Source: Dipteris shenzhenensis (Eukaryota). Taken from it: DNA of 64,000 nt. The DNA lies in assembly GCA_047967505.1 (NCBI GenBank), contig CM106538.1; one strand, written 5' to 3'. Of the stretch, positions 1-13,917 are shown in pieces; the stretch's first letter is position 1; each line of letters begins with the position of its first letter. The notes beneath the pieces are model-generated. The model searched no databases and was not told the origin of the DNA. It saw only the letters and a list, made by a program, of their open reading frames with translations. Both the position numbers and the translations under genes were made by a program.

Positions 1-1945
1 ACTTATTTTAGAAGACATATTCATCATCCTCATCTACCTCCTAAGGGAAGGATAGATTTTAGAGATGAGTAGTGAGAGAAAAAGCTAGTGTCAGAGTGTT
101 ATCATCTTCTTCTTCACTAGTGGTAGCTGTAGCCAAGTTAGCATGCTCCTTGGATTGTTGTTTGGCAAGCTTCTGAAAACAACGGTCCTCTATATGGCCA
201 AGCTTCTTACACTACATACATTTGAAAGGTTTGAATGGCTTCTTACCCTTGGAATATAATGCATGCTCCTCATGGACATCTTTGTGCCTTTGTTCATGAT
301 CAAAAAGCATTGCAACCATTTCATCAAAGGACATATCCCATGCTACTTGAAGAGCTGGTATGATATCACAAAACTAAGAAATATCCTCAATGCTAGAAAG
401 GATGAATGCCACTTGATCATCTTCCCCAACAAGGGCCTTCAAAGTGAGTCTAGTGATGAGGGATTCCATATGATATAAATGAGTATGAAGAGAATCTTCA
501 TGCTTCATATGGAGCTTAAAGAATTCCTATTTGAGAAACACTTTGGAATTGATAATTTTGTTGTGAAATAAGCGCTCTAGCTTGGCCCACAATTCATGTG
601 CAGTGTTATCAAAATCCAAGTGATGAATAATGTCATTCATCATTAGACAAACCCAAACCAATGATAGAAAGACCTTTGTCATTGAGAGTTTCCCAAGCTA
701 GATTTTTCTTTTCGTCAGATTCAGGTTTCTCATCTTTGCCCACCCCACTAACCACCTTCTACACACCTTCCTTCATAAGCAGAAGCCTCAACTTGGTTTG
801 CCAAGTTGGAAAGTTCTTACTAGAAAACTTTTCAATGACAATTCCCACTTTGGAATACTCCATGTCTGCTTCAAATATTGCAGCAATATGGGTTGAAGTG
901 CAAGCTCATAGCAAAGGCTAGAATAGTATGGGATGTGGCAACAAATCAACTTATAGTCGGGGTAGAAAACGGCTAACAAAAGGCATCGGACCAGCTAGAA
1001 TAGCATAGCCAGCAGCTCATGTTGCAATCAGGGCAAATGGCAGCATTCTTGAGGCATGAATAGCAACAGCAACAACACTCTTCTAGTAGGTCATTTCTTC
1101 AAAAACAGGCTCCAAATGAGATCATTTTTAGGGCAACCAGTAGTAGAAACATCTCCACAATAGTAAGCAACTATTTCCTTCACAAAAACACCCCCAAAAC
1201 CGCAAAAACGAGCTATCTTTAAGCAAAAAACGGACTGCTTTTGAGCAAAAAACGAGCTGTCTTTTCCTCTATGAAGACACCCACTAATGCCCACAAGAAT
1301 AGTGCCCAAGTTTCTCCAAATCTAAGCACAAAACTATAGGAAACTTGAGGTTGATAGTCGTAGCAGAAACCCACAGCAAATCATGTAGCAGCTCCATGAA
1401 AACAACACCAAAGTCGATGTAAATCAGCAACTCATGGAGAGGCTAAGGGTGAAGGAAGAAGGGTTTCCTTCCAAGGGGAAAGAGGAAGAGTAGCTCCTCT
1501 TTTGGGGCCTCCCTCACCTCAATCCCTTGGAAGAGCAAGGGGCAAGAGGGAAAGAACTAGGAGAAGGAAGGATGGCGGAAGAAAGAAAGGGAGGTGGCTC
1601 TAATACCACATGAAGGAACATGGTGGAGAGGGAGAGGGAGAGAGAGAGGGTAGGCTAGGGAGAGAGAAGATAATACTGAAATGGAAACATAATGAAAGTG
1701 AAAGGAAACAAAAATGAGCAATAGACCAAAATGGAAAGACTCACATTAATAAAGCTTGATGTAGACTCCTTGATGTGTGTAGATGTGACACACAAGTACA
1801 ATCATATGTAAAATAGTACACACTAGAATACCAAAGTGTATATGGGATATCTCCCAATATGACACGTGGCACTCACACATAAGGCTCTACTAGAACTCCT
1901 AGTAAACAAACTAAAACACACTCAACTTGACTTCATGGTCTAACA
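1..1945 (-). mobile_element. 5' part of a decayed LTR retrotransposon, probably Ty1/Copia (5' LTR, PBS, gag with zinc knuckle), running off the window edge
   Basis: Minus-strand PBS TGGTATTAGAGC (plus gctctaatacca 1597-1608) next to a TG...CA segment 1611-1945 (minus begins TGTTAGACC). Minus translation at ~178-220 gives C-M-*-C-K-K-L-G-H-I-E-D-R-C, a CCHC gag knuckle with a stop. Confidence 0.7.
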
Positions 1946-1962
1946 ATATATATGTATGTATG

Positions 1963-3012
1963 TATATATACAAAAGATGGTGAAAGGAATAGAAGAGAGG
2001 TTACATTTAGTAAGGTCTTATAGGATAAGATTGTTGGATTCAATGCAAGCGGCCCATCACATTCATGCTAGACAAAGAACAAGGTTTAAAACACAAGACA
2101 CTAGAAGCATGCAGGTAACTGTGGAATCTATGAGTGTAGAAGTCGACCTTTGCAGACAACAAAATCACATGCATGGACACAATGATGTAGCGTACATTAC
2201 TAAAAATTCAACGGGCCTCAATACAAGAAATTTATTGCATTCAGACCACGAGGCATATCGTAGTCTTATCAGAGAACAGAACATCCTATGCACTGCCATT
2301 AGTAGCAGGGGAGAGCAAGTGCATGCAAGAAGGGATTCTTTCTACTTTGGATTAGGAGAATATACATTCCCCCTGATAGTGTATTAAATGTGCATCAATA
2401 TGTTGGTGGAAGAAATGTGATGGATACTTTAGCAGGAGTAAGTAATGTACATCAAGATGCTATGGGTGAGAGAAATGCAACACATGCTCTAGTAATAAGT
2501 ACAACTACTCAAATGGATGCAACCAAGACCCCTGGCTATTCAAGAGCATGAAGACACATTCGCAACATGGGTGTGGTAATAACATTTTATACATAAAAAT
2601 TTAATAAATGTAATGAAAGCAGAGTGACTTCTATCATTTGAAATTCATGTACAACACATTGACATGTAAGTATATATAGTGTAATAAATTGTTTATTTAC
2701 TTAATTGCATTTGCATTTGCATTTGGATATGTGCATTTGACATGTGCATCATTTCTTGACATAAAAAAGTCTTCGGTTCATTTACTCATGCATTGGATAG
2801 AGATTTGCTTCTCTCCCTCTCTCTCTTTGGATAGAGATTGGCTTCTCTCTCTCTCCCTCTCTCTCTTTATATACATATATATATTATGTGTGTGTGTGTG
2901 TGTGTGTAATGTATTATATATGTGTATGTGTGTGTGTATATATATCTATATCTATCTTTATATATATATATATATATATAAAGATAGATGTATATATGTA
3001 TGTATGTATGTA

Positions 3013-3066
<54 letters not shown>

Positions 3067-3737
3067 TATATATGTGTGTGTATGTATGTACGTATGTTAG
3101 TAGTTGACTGGATACTATCTAAAGGAGTCCAATTTTTTATATATACAGAAGATGACAAAAGGAATAGAAGAGAGGTTACATTTAATAAGGTCTCATAGGA
3201 GAAGATTGTTGGATTCAACATGGGTAGCCCATCACGTTCATGCTAGACAAAGAACAAGCTTCAAAACATAAGGTACTAGAAGCATCCAAGTAACTATGGA
3301 GTCTATGAGTGTAGAAGTCAACCTTTACAGACAATGGAATTAGATGCATGGACACAGTGATATAGGGTAGATTGCTGAAAAATTCAACGGGCCTCCATAT
3401 AAGAAATTTATTGCATTCAACCCATGAGGCACATCATAGTCTTGCCGGAGAATAGAACGTCCTATGCACTGCCATTAGTAGTGGTAGAGAGCAGCTACAT
3501 GCAAGAAGAGATTCTTTCCATTTGGGATTAGGAGAATATACATTTTCCCCTGATAGTTTATTAAATGTGCATCAATACATTGGTGGAAGATTTGTGATGG
3601 GATACTTCAGCAAGGGTAAGTATGGGTGAGAAAAATGCAACACATGCTCCAATAATAGGTACTACCCAAATGGATGCAGCCACAACCCCTATCCATTCAA
3701 GAGCATGAAGTCACATTGTTCACAAAAGGGGTGTGGT
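1963..3737. repeat. Two diverged direct copies of a ~600-bp unit (~1963-2577 and ~3138-3737) separated by a microsatellite block
   Basis: Both units begin tatatataca(a/g)aagatg..aaaggaatagaagagaggttacattt and stay colinear to ..attcaagagcatgaag..gggtgtgg. Confidence 0.85.
2809..3095. repeat. Compound microsatellite (CT)n/(TA)n/(TG)n/(TATG)n
   Basis: Directly visible simple repeats; they explain the CV/YI-rich spurious ORFs. Confidence 0.95.
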
Positions 3738-3869
3738 TTTGGGTGCAAGGGGGAGCCTCTCTATCCTGCGTACATTTCAAGTGGTCTTCAATGCTCCTAC
3801 ACTTCATGCACTCATATCCATGGATCATACATGTAGTCTTTGACATGCTCAACTGTGGAAACAAGAGAC

Positions 3870-6471
3870 ATGAATGCATACATGTCAAGTTGTGGGAAAG
3901 CATTGTTGCAAAGTCGGTCATGTGTTGTTGTTGTCCTTAGAAGAACTACTAGAGATTTTGAGAGCTCTACTACATAGAAATGATGCTAAAAGCAAAATAT
4001 TTAAGAAGAAAATTAGGACTTATAATAGTGTCATGGCATTTGTCTCATTGGGAGCCCATGTTGATCAAATGTTCCTTAGGAGTGGGGGTGTATAGAACTT
4101 TCGGGTCCATGGTAGTGTGTACCACCAGGTCAAAAATGTGTTGCCTAATGAGGCTAGGCAACACATGCCACGTTTCACATAGTTGCATGTATATGATACA
4201 GATCATGAACTACAACACCGTTTGCATGGGATGCCTAGTTTAAATCGAAGCACTTTGGATTTGTTTCAAAGGATGATGCATGAATGCAATCCATAGGCCA
4301 ATGCTTTGGTGGCTATGGGGGAAGTATTGAGAACAAATCCACATGCAAACTTGAGGATGGTTATTTGTGAGAGCCGCTCGACCTCAAGGTAGTACTTGGC
4401 TCATATGGCTAGTGAGGTTGTTACTATCATGCTAGGACAAGGGGATGACTTCGATATCGAAAATCGAGACATTTAGATTTTTAGCCACAATGGGGTTGTG
4501 ACTAGAATATCTAATTTGCATTGATCATACATGCCACTAATGTATGTTCTTTTGTTTCTTTGGGGGAAGGATGGTTGGCATCTATATATCCCCTACAATG
4601 ATGTTCCTAATCACGCACCAATGCACGAGATATACGGGGACAAAGTTGTGTCATCCAAAGACCCAAAGACTGTACTATGCATACCATTTGCAAGTGAGAT
4701 ATAATACAAATGCATGTCCTCTGCATGGAGGGAGATTACTGTAGTAATACATGGTTAATGCATACAGTAGCATAGGTGTGGATACAAAACAATCAATCTT
4801 CTTTATGTGTAGAAGTCTATCAAGGATTGATGGACATGGTAAATACATCCGATGGGGCATGTACTATGGTAGGCAATGTTGCAGGGCATAGAGTTGTGTT
4901 GCCATCTTCTTTTATAGGAGGGCATCGGTATATGGGCCAGCTATACCAAGACATAATGGCAATTGTGAGGAAAAAGGGCAAGCCAGATCTATTTATCACA
5001 TTCACTTGCAATTCAAAATGGCCGAAAATATCTAAAGGATTGTTGCCAAGACAAACTGCACAAGACCGTGGCTAGATTTGACAACCCGGGTATTTTATCA
5101 AAAGCATAAGGACAATTACAAAACATAATTTATTTGGGAAAGTAGCTGGATATGTGGGTGTGATTTTCAAAAGAGAGGTCTACCACACTCACATATATTA
5201 TTGATATTAGAAGGTGCCTTCAAACTCGTGGAGATCAAACACTATGATCGATTGGTAGTGCAGAGTTGCCGGATAAAACATTGTTCCCAGAGTTGCATGA
5301 GATTATTGGACAATGTAATGTCCATGGTTCATGTGGTGCATAGAATGCCTCTGCAGCTTGCATGGTTAAGGGAAAATGCATTCATCATTATCCATGTGCA
5401 TTCTCGTAGACTATTGTTGTTGACAATGATGGTTATCCTATCTACATGTGCCGTGATAATGGCAGGAAGATACAAGTGCAAGTGAAAGGGGGTCCAATAG
5501 AAAATCGTTGGATTGTGCCATTTAATCCTTTCCTCTCCGTGAAGTACAAAGCACACATCAATGTGGAAATTTGTTCCACAATTACTACAGTTAAGTATTT
5601 ATACAAATATGTATACAAGGGCCATGAAGGGGCCACGACAGGGCAATCATCAGGATGCAGCTAAATCATGCAAAAGAATAAGGGCAGTTGCACAAACTAG
5701 TTGATGGTGGCATTGATGAGATCAACGCTTACCTAGATGCACGTGACGTGTCAATATCAGAGGCATGTTAGTGGATTTACGAGTATGCCATGCACGATCA
5801 AAAACCAGATGTGCAAAGGTTGTAGATTCATCTTCCATGTGCAATAATGTCATATTTTGAGATGCTGATGATTTGCATAATGTAGTGGTGGATAGGGAAC
5901 AAAATCAGAAGACTACCCTCACAAAATGGTTCGCTTAAAACTAGTTGCAACATGATGCAAGTAACTTGCTATATGGTGACTTGCCAGGCAAGTTGGTCTA
6001 GAACAAAACGAGTAAGCGATGGGCTAGAAGACATAAGGACAACACCATTGGCTGAATGTACAATATTTCTCCATCAGCAGCAGTAGTTGGTGAGCTCTAC
6101 TTCATGCGTATGCTTCTTAATGTGTGCACAGGTTACAAGTCCTTTGATGACTTGCGTAGTTTTGATAGGGAAGTCTACCCTACTTTCAAGGCAACATGCA
6201 TAGCATGGGGTTTGTTGGAAAGTGATGTGATGAATGGTTTGTGTGTATGTAAGAGGCCATATTTTATCAAGATAGTGCACAACTAGGACACTTGTTTGTC
6301 ACAATTCTGGTATTTTGTGAGCCAAAGTCTTTTGGTCTTTTCTGGGAAAGATTTTTCGCTGAGCTTTCTGATGATTTTTACCATGCATTGGAATCAAGTA
6401 TGGGGAATTTAATTGGTCATAGTGCTGTGGCAATAAAGAAGGTTGTGCACTTGGATCACATTCTTCAACAT
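3870..6471 (+). pseudogene. Canonical Helitron (HLE1) Rep/helicase gene, Rep (HUH endonuclease) half, many stops and frameshifts
   Basis: Fragments CCKVGHV..IRTYNSVMAFVSLG, VVLPSSFIGGHRYM..GKPDLFITFTCNSKWPKI, FQKRGLPHSH (5166-5195), NRWIVPFNPFLSVKYKAHINVEIC..VKYLYKYVYKGH, YFMRMLLNVCTGYKSFDDLRSF..YPTFKATC are standard Helitron Rep motifs. Confidence 0.93.
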
Positions 6472-9400
6472 TGAGAATGCTCTCAATGGAAGCAAGAACG
6501 GAAGAGGGAGAGAGATAAACAGAGAGCCACACAAGTTTTGGTGGGTGCAGAACCACCCTAATCTTCTTTTTCATTCATTTATATATGTGTTTGAGTATTG
6601 TACATAACCGGGGTAAAGGCACAGTGACCTTTAACCCCCACAACCTCCCACTTAAAGGACAATGTGCCTTTAAGGGAGAACAACTAGTGAGCATACTATC
6701 CAATGCCCATCAATACACGACAATACTCAAACCGCTGACTAGGTAGACTCTTCGTCAGCATATCTGCAGGGTTATCATCTGTATGAACCTTGACAAGCTC
6801 TATGCGCTTGTCCTCAAGTACCTCCCTGATGAAATGGTACCTGACCTCAATGTGTTTGGTCTTTGCATGAAAGACCGGATTCCGTGCTAGCTGAATTAGC
6901 ACTCATGGAATCACTATGCAATGTCGGTACACTTGTATGAATCCCCAAATCTCCCACTAGCCGATCAAGCCATATAGCCTCCTTGCAACCCTCTGTGGCT
7001 GCAACATACTCAGCCTCTGTGGTAGACAAAGCAACGCACTTCTGTGCACGAGACATCCACGACACTGCACCACCTTCAAAGGTGAACACATAACCAGAAG
7101 TGGATCTCCTACTATCCACATGCCCTGCATAGTCTGAATCTGTGTACCCAAGTACACGCATGTCTCCTTTACCAAAGCAGATGCACATCTCCTTGGTACC
7201 CTTCATGTACCTCATGATGCACTTAACTGCCTCCCAATGCCTCTTTCCTGGATTAGCCATATACCGGCTAACAACTCCCACTGCAAATGCAATGTCTGGT
7301 CTAGTAGCTATCATAGCATACATAAGACTCCCAACCGCTGATGCATAAGGAACCTTGGCCATCATGGCCCTTTCCTCATTGGATTTGGGACTATCTGTAT
7401 GACTCAGTTTCACATATGGAGGCAATGGAGTACTCACTGCCTTCCCCCCCTCCATATTGAAACGTTGTAATACTTTTGTAACATACTCTTTTTGTGAAAG
7501 CCAAAGGAGTTTCCTACTCCGATCACGCGTGATGCGCATACCAAGAATATGACCTGCAAGTCCCAAATCCTTCATATCAAAGGCCTCATGCAACTTGGCC
7601 TTTAATGCATCTAGCTCATAAGTATTCTTGCTAGCCAATAGCATATCATCCACATATAGTGCCAAGATTATCAGGCTATTATCCTTAGCCCTTTTAGTGT
7701 AGAGGCAGTGATCAATTTCACTCCTTCTAAAACCCTGGGACCGAATGAAAGCATCAAACTTCTGATACCATTCTCTAGGTGCTTGCTTAAGACCATAGAG
7801 ACTCTTCTTTAGCTTACAAACTAAATGCTCTTTGCCCTTTTTTTCAAAGCCTTCCGGTTGCACCATGTAAATTTCCTCATGCAAATCCCCATGCAAGAAA
7901 GCTGTCTTGACATCCATCTGCATAAGCTCCATATCCTGTGATGCCACTAGTCCAAGCATGCATCTAAGTGTGGTCATCTTCACAACCGGAGAGAATATCT
8001 CATCAAAGTCCACACCCTTCTCTTGCTTGAACCCTTTCGCGACCAAACGGGCCTTGTACCTAGGCACATCATCACCTGTAACCTTCGTTTTGTAGACCCA
8101 TTTACATGGCAATGCTTTCTTTCCATATGGCAAAGAAACCAAGTCCCAAGTCTTATTCTTCATAAGTGAACTCATCTCTGATTGCATAGCATACTCCCAC
8201 TTGTGTTGATCCTCACGCATCATAGCCTTTCTGTAGCAAGAAGGCTCCGCGCAATCAGTAAGCATCACATAGTCTACCCCTGGAACAAACTTATCAGGCG
8301 GTCTAGACACTCTAGAAGATCTTCTCAAGGGCATTTCAGCTTGCTGTCCCATTTGCATATCAGCCACATTTGGCTCATCATTTCCACCAATAGATGATCC
8401 ATCATCTACCCTTGATTGTATACCTGTGGGAGTACTTGGTGGTACCATTTCTTGCACATTTGGTGCATGGACAGCTTGCTGTCTATCAACATATGCAGGT
8501 GGATTCACATCCTGGAAAGTGATTCTCCTCATTTCCACATCCCTCATGGGTGCATTATGCATCTTCTTCTCATTGAAGACCACATCATGGCTGCGTATGA
8601 TCTTCTTTGCTTCTGGATCCCAAAGATGATAGCCCATCTCTCCACTTTCACCATAACCCAGAAAGATGCATTTCCTAGACTTAGGATCTAGCTTCTTTCG
8701 AAGCTCTTTTGGCACATGTGCATATGCCTCACACCCAAATATACGCAAATGAGAGTAACAGGGCTTCTTGCCACTCCATGCCTCTTCAGGAATACCACCA
8801 TCCAAACTCTTACTAGGTGATCTATTGATCACATGCACTGCAGTCTTCATTGCCTCAGCCCAAAAATCACCAGAAAGACTTGCATTGGAAAGCATGCATT
8901 GCAACATTTCTTGAATGGTATAGTTCATCTTTTCTGCAACTGGATTTTGCTCTGGAGTATGAGGGGATGTGAGCTCCCTCTTAATCCCACGTGTATCACA
9001 GAAATGCTGAAAGTCATGAGAGAGATACTCTCCACCATTGTACGTCTGTAGGCATTTAAGTGTTCTACCTGACTGATTCTCAACCAAGGCCAGCCATTTC
9101 TGAAATACCTGGAACACATCACTCTTCCGAGCTATAGCATAAGCCCACACTTTCCTAGTTGCATCATCAATGAATGTCACATAGTATTCAGCCCCGCCTA
9201 ATGACCGTGTAGGCATGGGACCACATACGTCTGAATGCACCAAATCAAGCATTTCAAACTCTTTCTTTCCCCTTCTTTTATGGGCTGATTTAGTCTGCTT
9301 CCCATAGAGACAATGCTCACAAAATTCAAAATCAGAGAAACTCAAATGCAGTACATAACCCAAACGGCATAAGAGTTTCATTCCATTCTGGCTCATGTGC

Positions 9401-12361
9401 CCCGACCTGCAATGCCACAAAGAAGTGCTTGGCTGCTCGGTTATTGCAACAACATGATCAAATACCCCTGATACATGTAAGGGATACAAAGTCCCACACT
9501 TGGCACCCCTGGCCAAAAGCATAGAGCCCTTCTGAATTTTCCAACTCTGAAAGCCAAAAGTGGAGTGAAAACCAGCATCATCTAGCTGACCCACTGAAAT
9601 AAGACTCTTGGTCAACTTAGGCACATGTCTCACATGTTTCAAAACAAATGCAGACCCATTTGCAAAAGAAAACTTTATGTCACCTGCTCCCACTATGTCA
9701 CATGCATAGTCATTTCCAAGATGCACACAACCTGTCTTTCCACTGTCATAAGTGGAGAACCATTCCCTATGGGGAGTAACATGGAATGAAGCACCAGAAT
9801 CCAAAATCCAATCCTGGGAATATGCATCATCTGAAGTGGTAAGCAACTCTGTAGATAAAGTAGACATGAAGAGAACGTCATTGTCACTATCATGTGTGAC
9901 TGCATTGATCTCCTCGATCTTCACTTTTCCTTTGTCCTCCCTTGGACTCTCTTCCTTTTGATTTGCACCCCAATTTGCATTCTTTTTCTTATCCTTTTGC
10001 TCTCTTTTCAGCTTGTAGCAATCCTTTTTCATATGGCCCTTCTTACCACAATGGTAACACTCAATGTTCCGTGCCCTGGATTTGCTACGAGACTTCCCTC
10101 TTTCTTGGGACTTCCCCCTGAATTGTGATCTGCCCCTTTGCATATTTAAGGCTACATCCTGCTTGTTGCCATCCATAGAATTCCGTCTAATCTCCTCGGC
10201 CAACAAGCTACCCACAACATCATCAAATTTCAGTACTCCACCAGGTGCAGAGTTACTGACAGCTGTATGGAAGGTATCCCATGAGGATGGCAATGAACAT
10301 AAGAGAAATATTGCCTTAGTCTCCACATCAAAATTCATCTTCTGAGCCTGAAGCTGGCTGAAAATAATATTGAATTCATTCAAGTGAGAAGCAATGGAGA
10401 CCCCTTCCTTCATCTGCAGCTCAAACAACCTCTTCATGAGGTAAACTTTATTAGAGGCAGTTTCCTTCTCATAAGTGGCACATAGTTTCTTCCACAAATC
10501 TTCCGTGGTCTGCTCATTTACTACTGTGAAATAAATTGACTCTGCAAGATGAAGTCTAATAGTAGACTTTGCTAATGCATCCAACTCATTCCAATCATCC
10601 TCAGACATATTTGTAGGCTTAGCTTCAATCCCTACCAAGGGTTTAATCTGCTTCTTTTGAATAAGCACATCCCTTATTTGTTCTTTCCACAAAGAAAAGT
10701 TTGTCCCATCAAACTTTTTAATGCTGAAAAACTCCTTTTCAGACATGGAAGAGGATGCCATGATGCAAATGAAACAAAATCCCAAATGCTAGTACCTGCA
10801 AGAGAGAATCACACCAAATACCAGGTGCACCCGAATGTGTATGCCACAATAGACTGAAATATCACAAAAACTCAAAGCTCAAAGCATCGAAAGATGCATC
10901 TGACTCATGTGCATATACTATGCATCCATATAAGCAAATCTGGCCCAAAAGAAAATGCCAATAAGTGCCAAATGACTCAAGTATAAACACCGTCCACTGG
11001 CATATGCATCAATAATATCTCATCCAAGAGAGCATAGCACTATCAGTGCATCACCAGCAATGTGTCAAAGCTGTCCCTCAGCATAAATGTGCAAAGCGTC
11101 CATAAAAAATAGCATCCCACAAGGCAATTTGGGCCTATCAGCGCATCCAATAAGGACCATAATGCATCTAAATGGCCTATAAATCATCCACTGCAACCTA
11201 ATGCATACCACGAATGAGCGCACACTGCTCAAACTGCAACCAGAGTGATCTGCATAAGGTATGCTCAAGAAATCATAGTCCCACAGTAATGACCGCTACT
11301 GAAAATAGAACCTGAGATGCCTCAAAACATGGGCGCCATTGCATAATCGGAATCAACAAGAAAATATGCAAATATCTCTCTTCTGCCAGAACTCCAAAAT
11401 CCCAACCGATGAGTGAGAAATGGGAGTCAACACTTCTCCACTGCCATGTGGCATAAATCTAAGGTTTCAAAACCTTAGAATGAAAAATGCATAACAGAGA
11501 GACGAAATCGAATACACAGAGATCTATAACTCTGAAAATCCTCCACCGAATCGCGCAAGAACTGATAGGTAGGGGTTTTTGGGCGTCCAGAATGCAATGG
11601 GACAGACGGTTTTGGAAACCGTGGTCTCAATCACTGGGTCCAACACACGGACTGAAAAACGTTTTTGGAAACAGAGTTGTTTGTAAACTCCACCGGAGTG
11701 CGAATGATGAGCAACATACAAGTTTTAGAACCTCCTGAGTCCACCGGAACTGACAGATCTGCAAATGGTTGCTCCAAACTTGAGTTCCAACACCTGGGCA
11801 AAAAACGTAGAAACTGACACAGTGAGTCGGAAATCCAATGAAATGATCCCAGATTCAAGAATGAAGGTGTTTCCAAGCTCCTGAAGTGAAGTGGACACCA
11901 AAAGCAAGCAATAGTTGCCTCTACAAGTCAATATGGAGTCTCTGTCATCGAACGGAACAGGGAAAAGCTCAAAAAACGACTTTTTCTTTGAAAACACTTA
12001 ATAGGCTCTCAAAACCACTTTGCAAAACCAAAGCGACTTTTCCAAAGGTTCCTCCAAGATCTCTGCACACTCGGATGCAAGTAAAGTCGCCCACAAATCT
12101 TCCCATAGAGCTTCTCCTTCCTCCCACAGAGCTGCTGAGCTTCAAGCATTCACGCACGCTCAGCTAGATCACCCGGGCTCTGATACCAGTTGAGAGTGCT
12201 CTCAACGGAAGCAAGAATGGAAGAGGGAGAGAGAGAAACAGAGAGCCACACAAGTTTTAGTGGGTGCAGAACCACCCTAATCTTCTTTTTCATTCATTTA
12301 TATATGTGTTTGAGTATTGTACATAATCGGGGTAAAGGCACAGTGACCTTTAACCCCCACA
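6472..12361 (-). mobile_element. Full-length Ty1/Copia LTR retrotransposon (copy A) inserted in the Helitron ORF; 171-bp LTRs 6472-6642 and 12191-12361, TSD AACAT
   Basis: TG..CA LTR pair with about 6 differences by eye; TSD AACAT at 6467-6471 and 12362-12366; PBS TGGTATCAGAGC (12177-12188); PPT AAGTGGGAGGT next to the 3' LTR. Confidence 0.97.
6696..10761 (-). CDS. Copia gag-pol polyprotein (gag, CCHC, protease, integrase, RT, RNase H); one frameshift near 6900
   Basis: 1312-aa ORF with CYHCGKKGHMKKDC, WILDSGAS, VHSDVCGP, LYVDDML, YTDSDYAG. The C-terminal NPVFHAKTKHIEVRYHFIRE..NPADMLTK is in a second frame (6696-6902). Likely ATG at 10761. Confidence 0.93.
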
Positions 12362-12366
12362 AACAT

Positions 12367-13917
12367 CATGGGAGAAGGTTGGTAGAGTTTGACGAAATGC
12401 CTGTTGTTGACATATCATCTTTGTCAAAAGCTACAAATGGCTTATTGCAAGAAGAAATAATATTTGATACTGTGAAAGAAGCACAAACTGGCCAGCGGAT
12501 GGAAAGTACCTTGAATCATTGCCAACGTGCTGCCTTCAATCAAATTTTAGCAATGGTCTATGCAGACGTTGGTGAGGTGTTTTTTCTCGATGGTCTGAGA
12601 GGATCTAGAAAGATCTTCCTCTGCAATTACTTACTCTCTCCGTTGCATTGGGAGGGGCAAATCGCTTTGGCATACGCATCTTCTCGGATTACAGTGTTGC
12701 TACTGGCCAATGGATGCATAGCACACTCACAATTTAAGATACCATTGGAGCTGGATGGTACTAGCACATGCAATATTAAGATTAATAGTCACCTCGCAAA
12801 TGTTTTGAAGATGGCGAAGTTGATAATATGGGATGAGGCACCAATGACTCATCACTTTACTTTTGAGACACTGGACATAATGCTGCAAGATATCATGTCG
12901 AATGAGTAGCTTTTTGGTGAAAGGTGGTGTTGTTGGGGGGGGATTTTAGGCAAGTCTTGCCAGTGCTTCCAAAGGCAAGACGAGAGGACATTGTCAATGG
13001 CTACCTTATGCGACTCAAGGATTTGGGGTTGCACTACAATATTGAAGCTGAGGTAGAATATGCGGGTCCTTCAAAATGGTGATACCTCAGCTAAACAAGA
13101 GTTCACACAATGGGTTTTTGACATTGGCAATGGGATAAATAGATGTATAAAAGAAGATATTGTTGTCATTCCATCACAAATGCTTTTAGAGACAAAGTCC
13201 ATGGAAGGCCTCATTGGATGGGTGTATACAGAGCTTGCAATAGTTTTAGATTATGCATCATATTTTCGAGAGAGCGCTATTCTTGCACCTCAGAACCTTG
13301 AGGTTGATGCAATTATTGCTACCGCATTGAAGGCAATGCCTGCGGAGGAAAAGGAGTATTTAAGTGCAGACTCAGTGGATAACTCAGGTGGAGATTATTT
13401 TTTGTATGTAGTTGAGTACCTGAACAGTCCAGATCTTGGTGGTGGATACCCCCCTCATCGATTGGTTTTGAAACAAAATGCTCCTATAATTTTGTTGCGC
13501 AATCTGAATCCTCACCACCAGGGACTGTGCAATGGGATGCAATTGATAGGCAATGAGTTTTACATGAAAGTGTTAGAGCTAAAATCATTACCGGTACCGA
13601 TACTAGGGATAGAACGTTCATTCCAACCAACCTAAAACTTCAATTCGACATGAGGAGAAGGCAATTTCCTATCTGATTGGCATTCGACATGACAATCAAC
13701 AAGTCATAGGGCCAAACATTGTTTGTTTTGGGATTGTACTTGGCGACACCAGTGTTCAATCATGGGCAGTTGTGCGTGGCATGTTTGAGCATCAAACCGT
13801 GTTAAGGTATTCATTCCGGTGAACATGTCTAATGCCAATGACGAGGACGCAGAAAAGACTTCTACCACAAATGTTATTTACATGGAAGTTTTGCAATTGG
13901 CAATAGTAAGAGCCTAG
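12367..13917 (+). pseudogene. Helitron Pif1-family helicase half (continuation of 3870-6471)
   Basis: Removing copy A rejoins ILQH|HGRRLVEFDEMP. Motifs FFLDGLRGSRK (degenerate Walker A), HSQFKIPL, IIWDEAPM, AILAPQN, PIILLRNLNP..LCNG, RRQFPI..MTINKS*GQ. Confidence 0.93.

Noticed and set aside
2689-3198. 169-aa and 70-aa ORFs rich in CV/YI
   Set aside because: Translation of microsatellites.
12190-12366. N-terminus of the 239-aa ORF as part of the helicase
   Set aside because: The first ~57 codons are antisense LTR sequence fortuitously in frame with the Helitron helicase.
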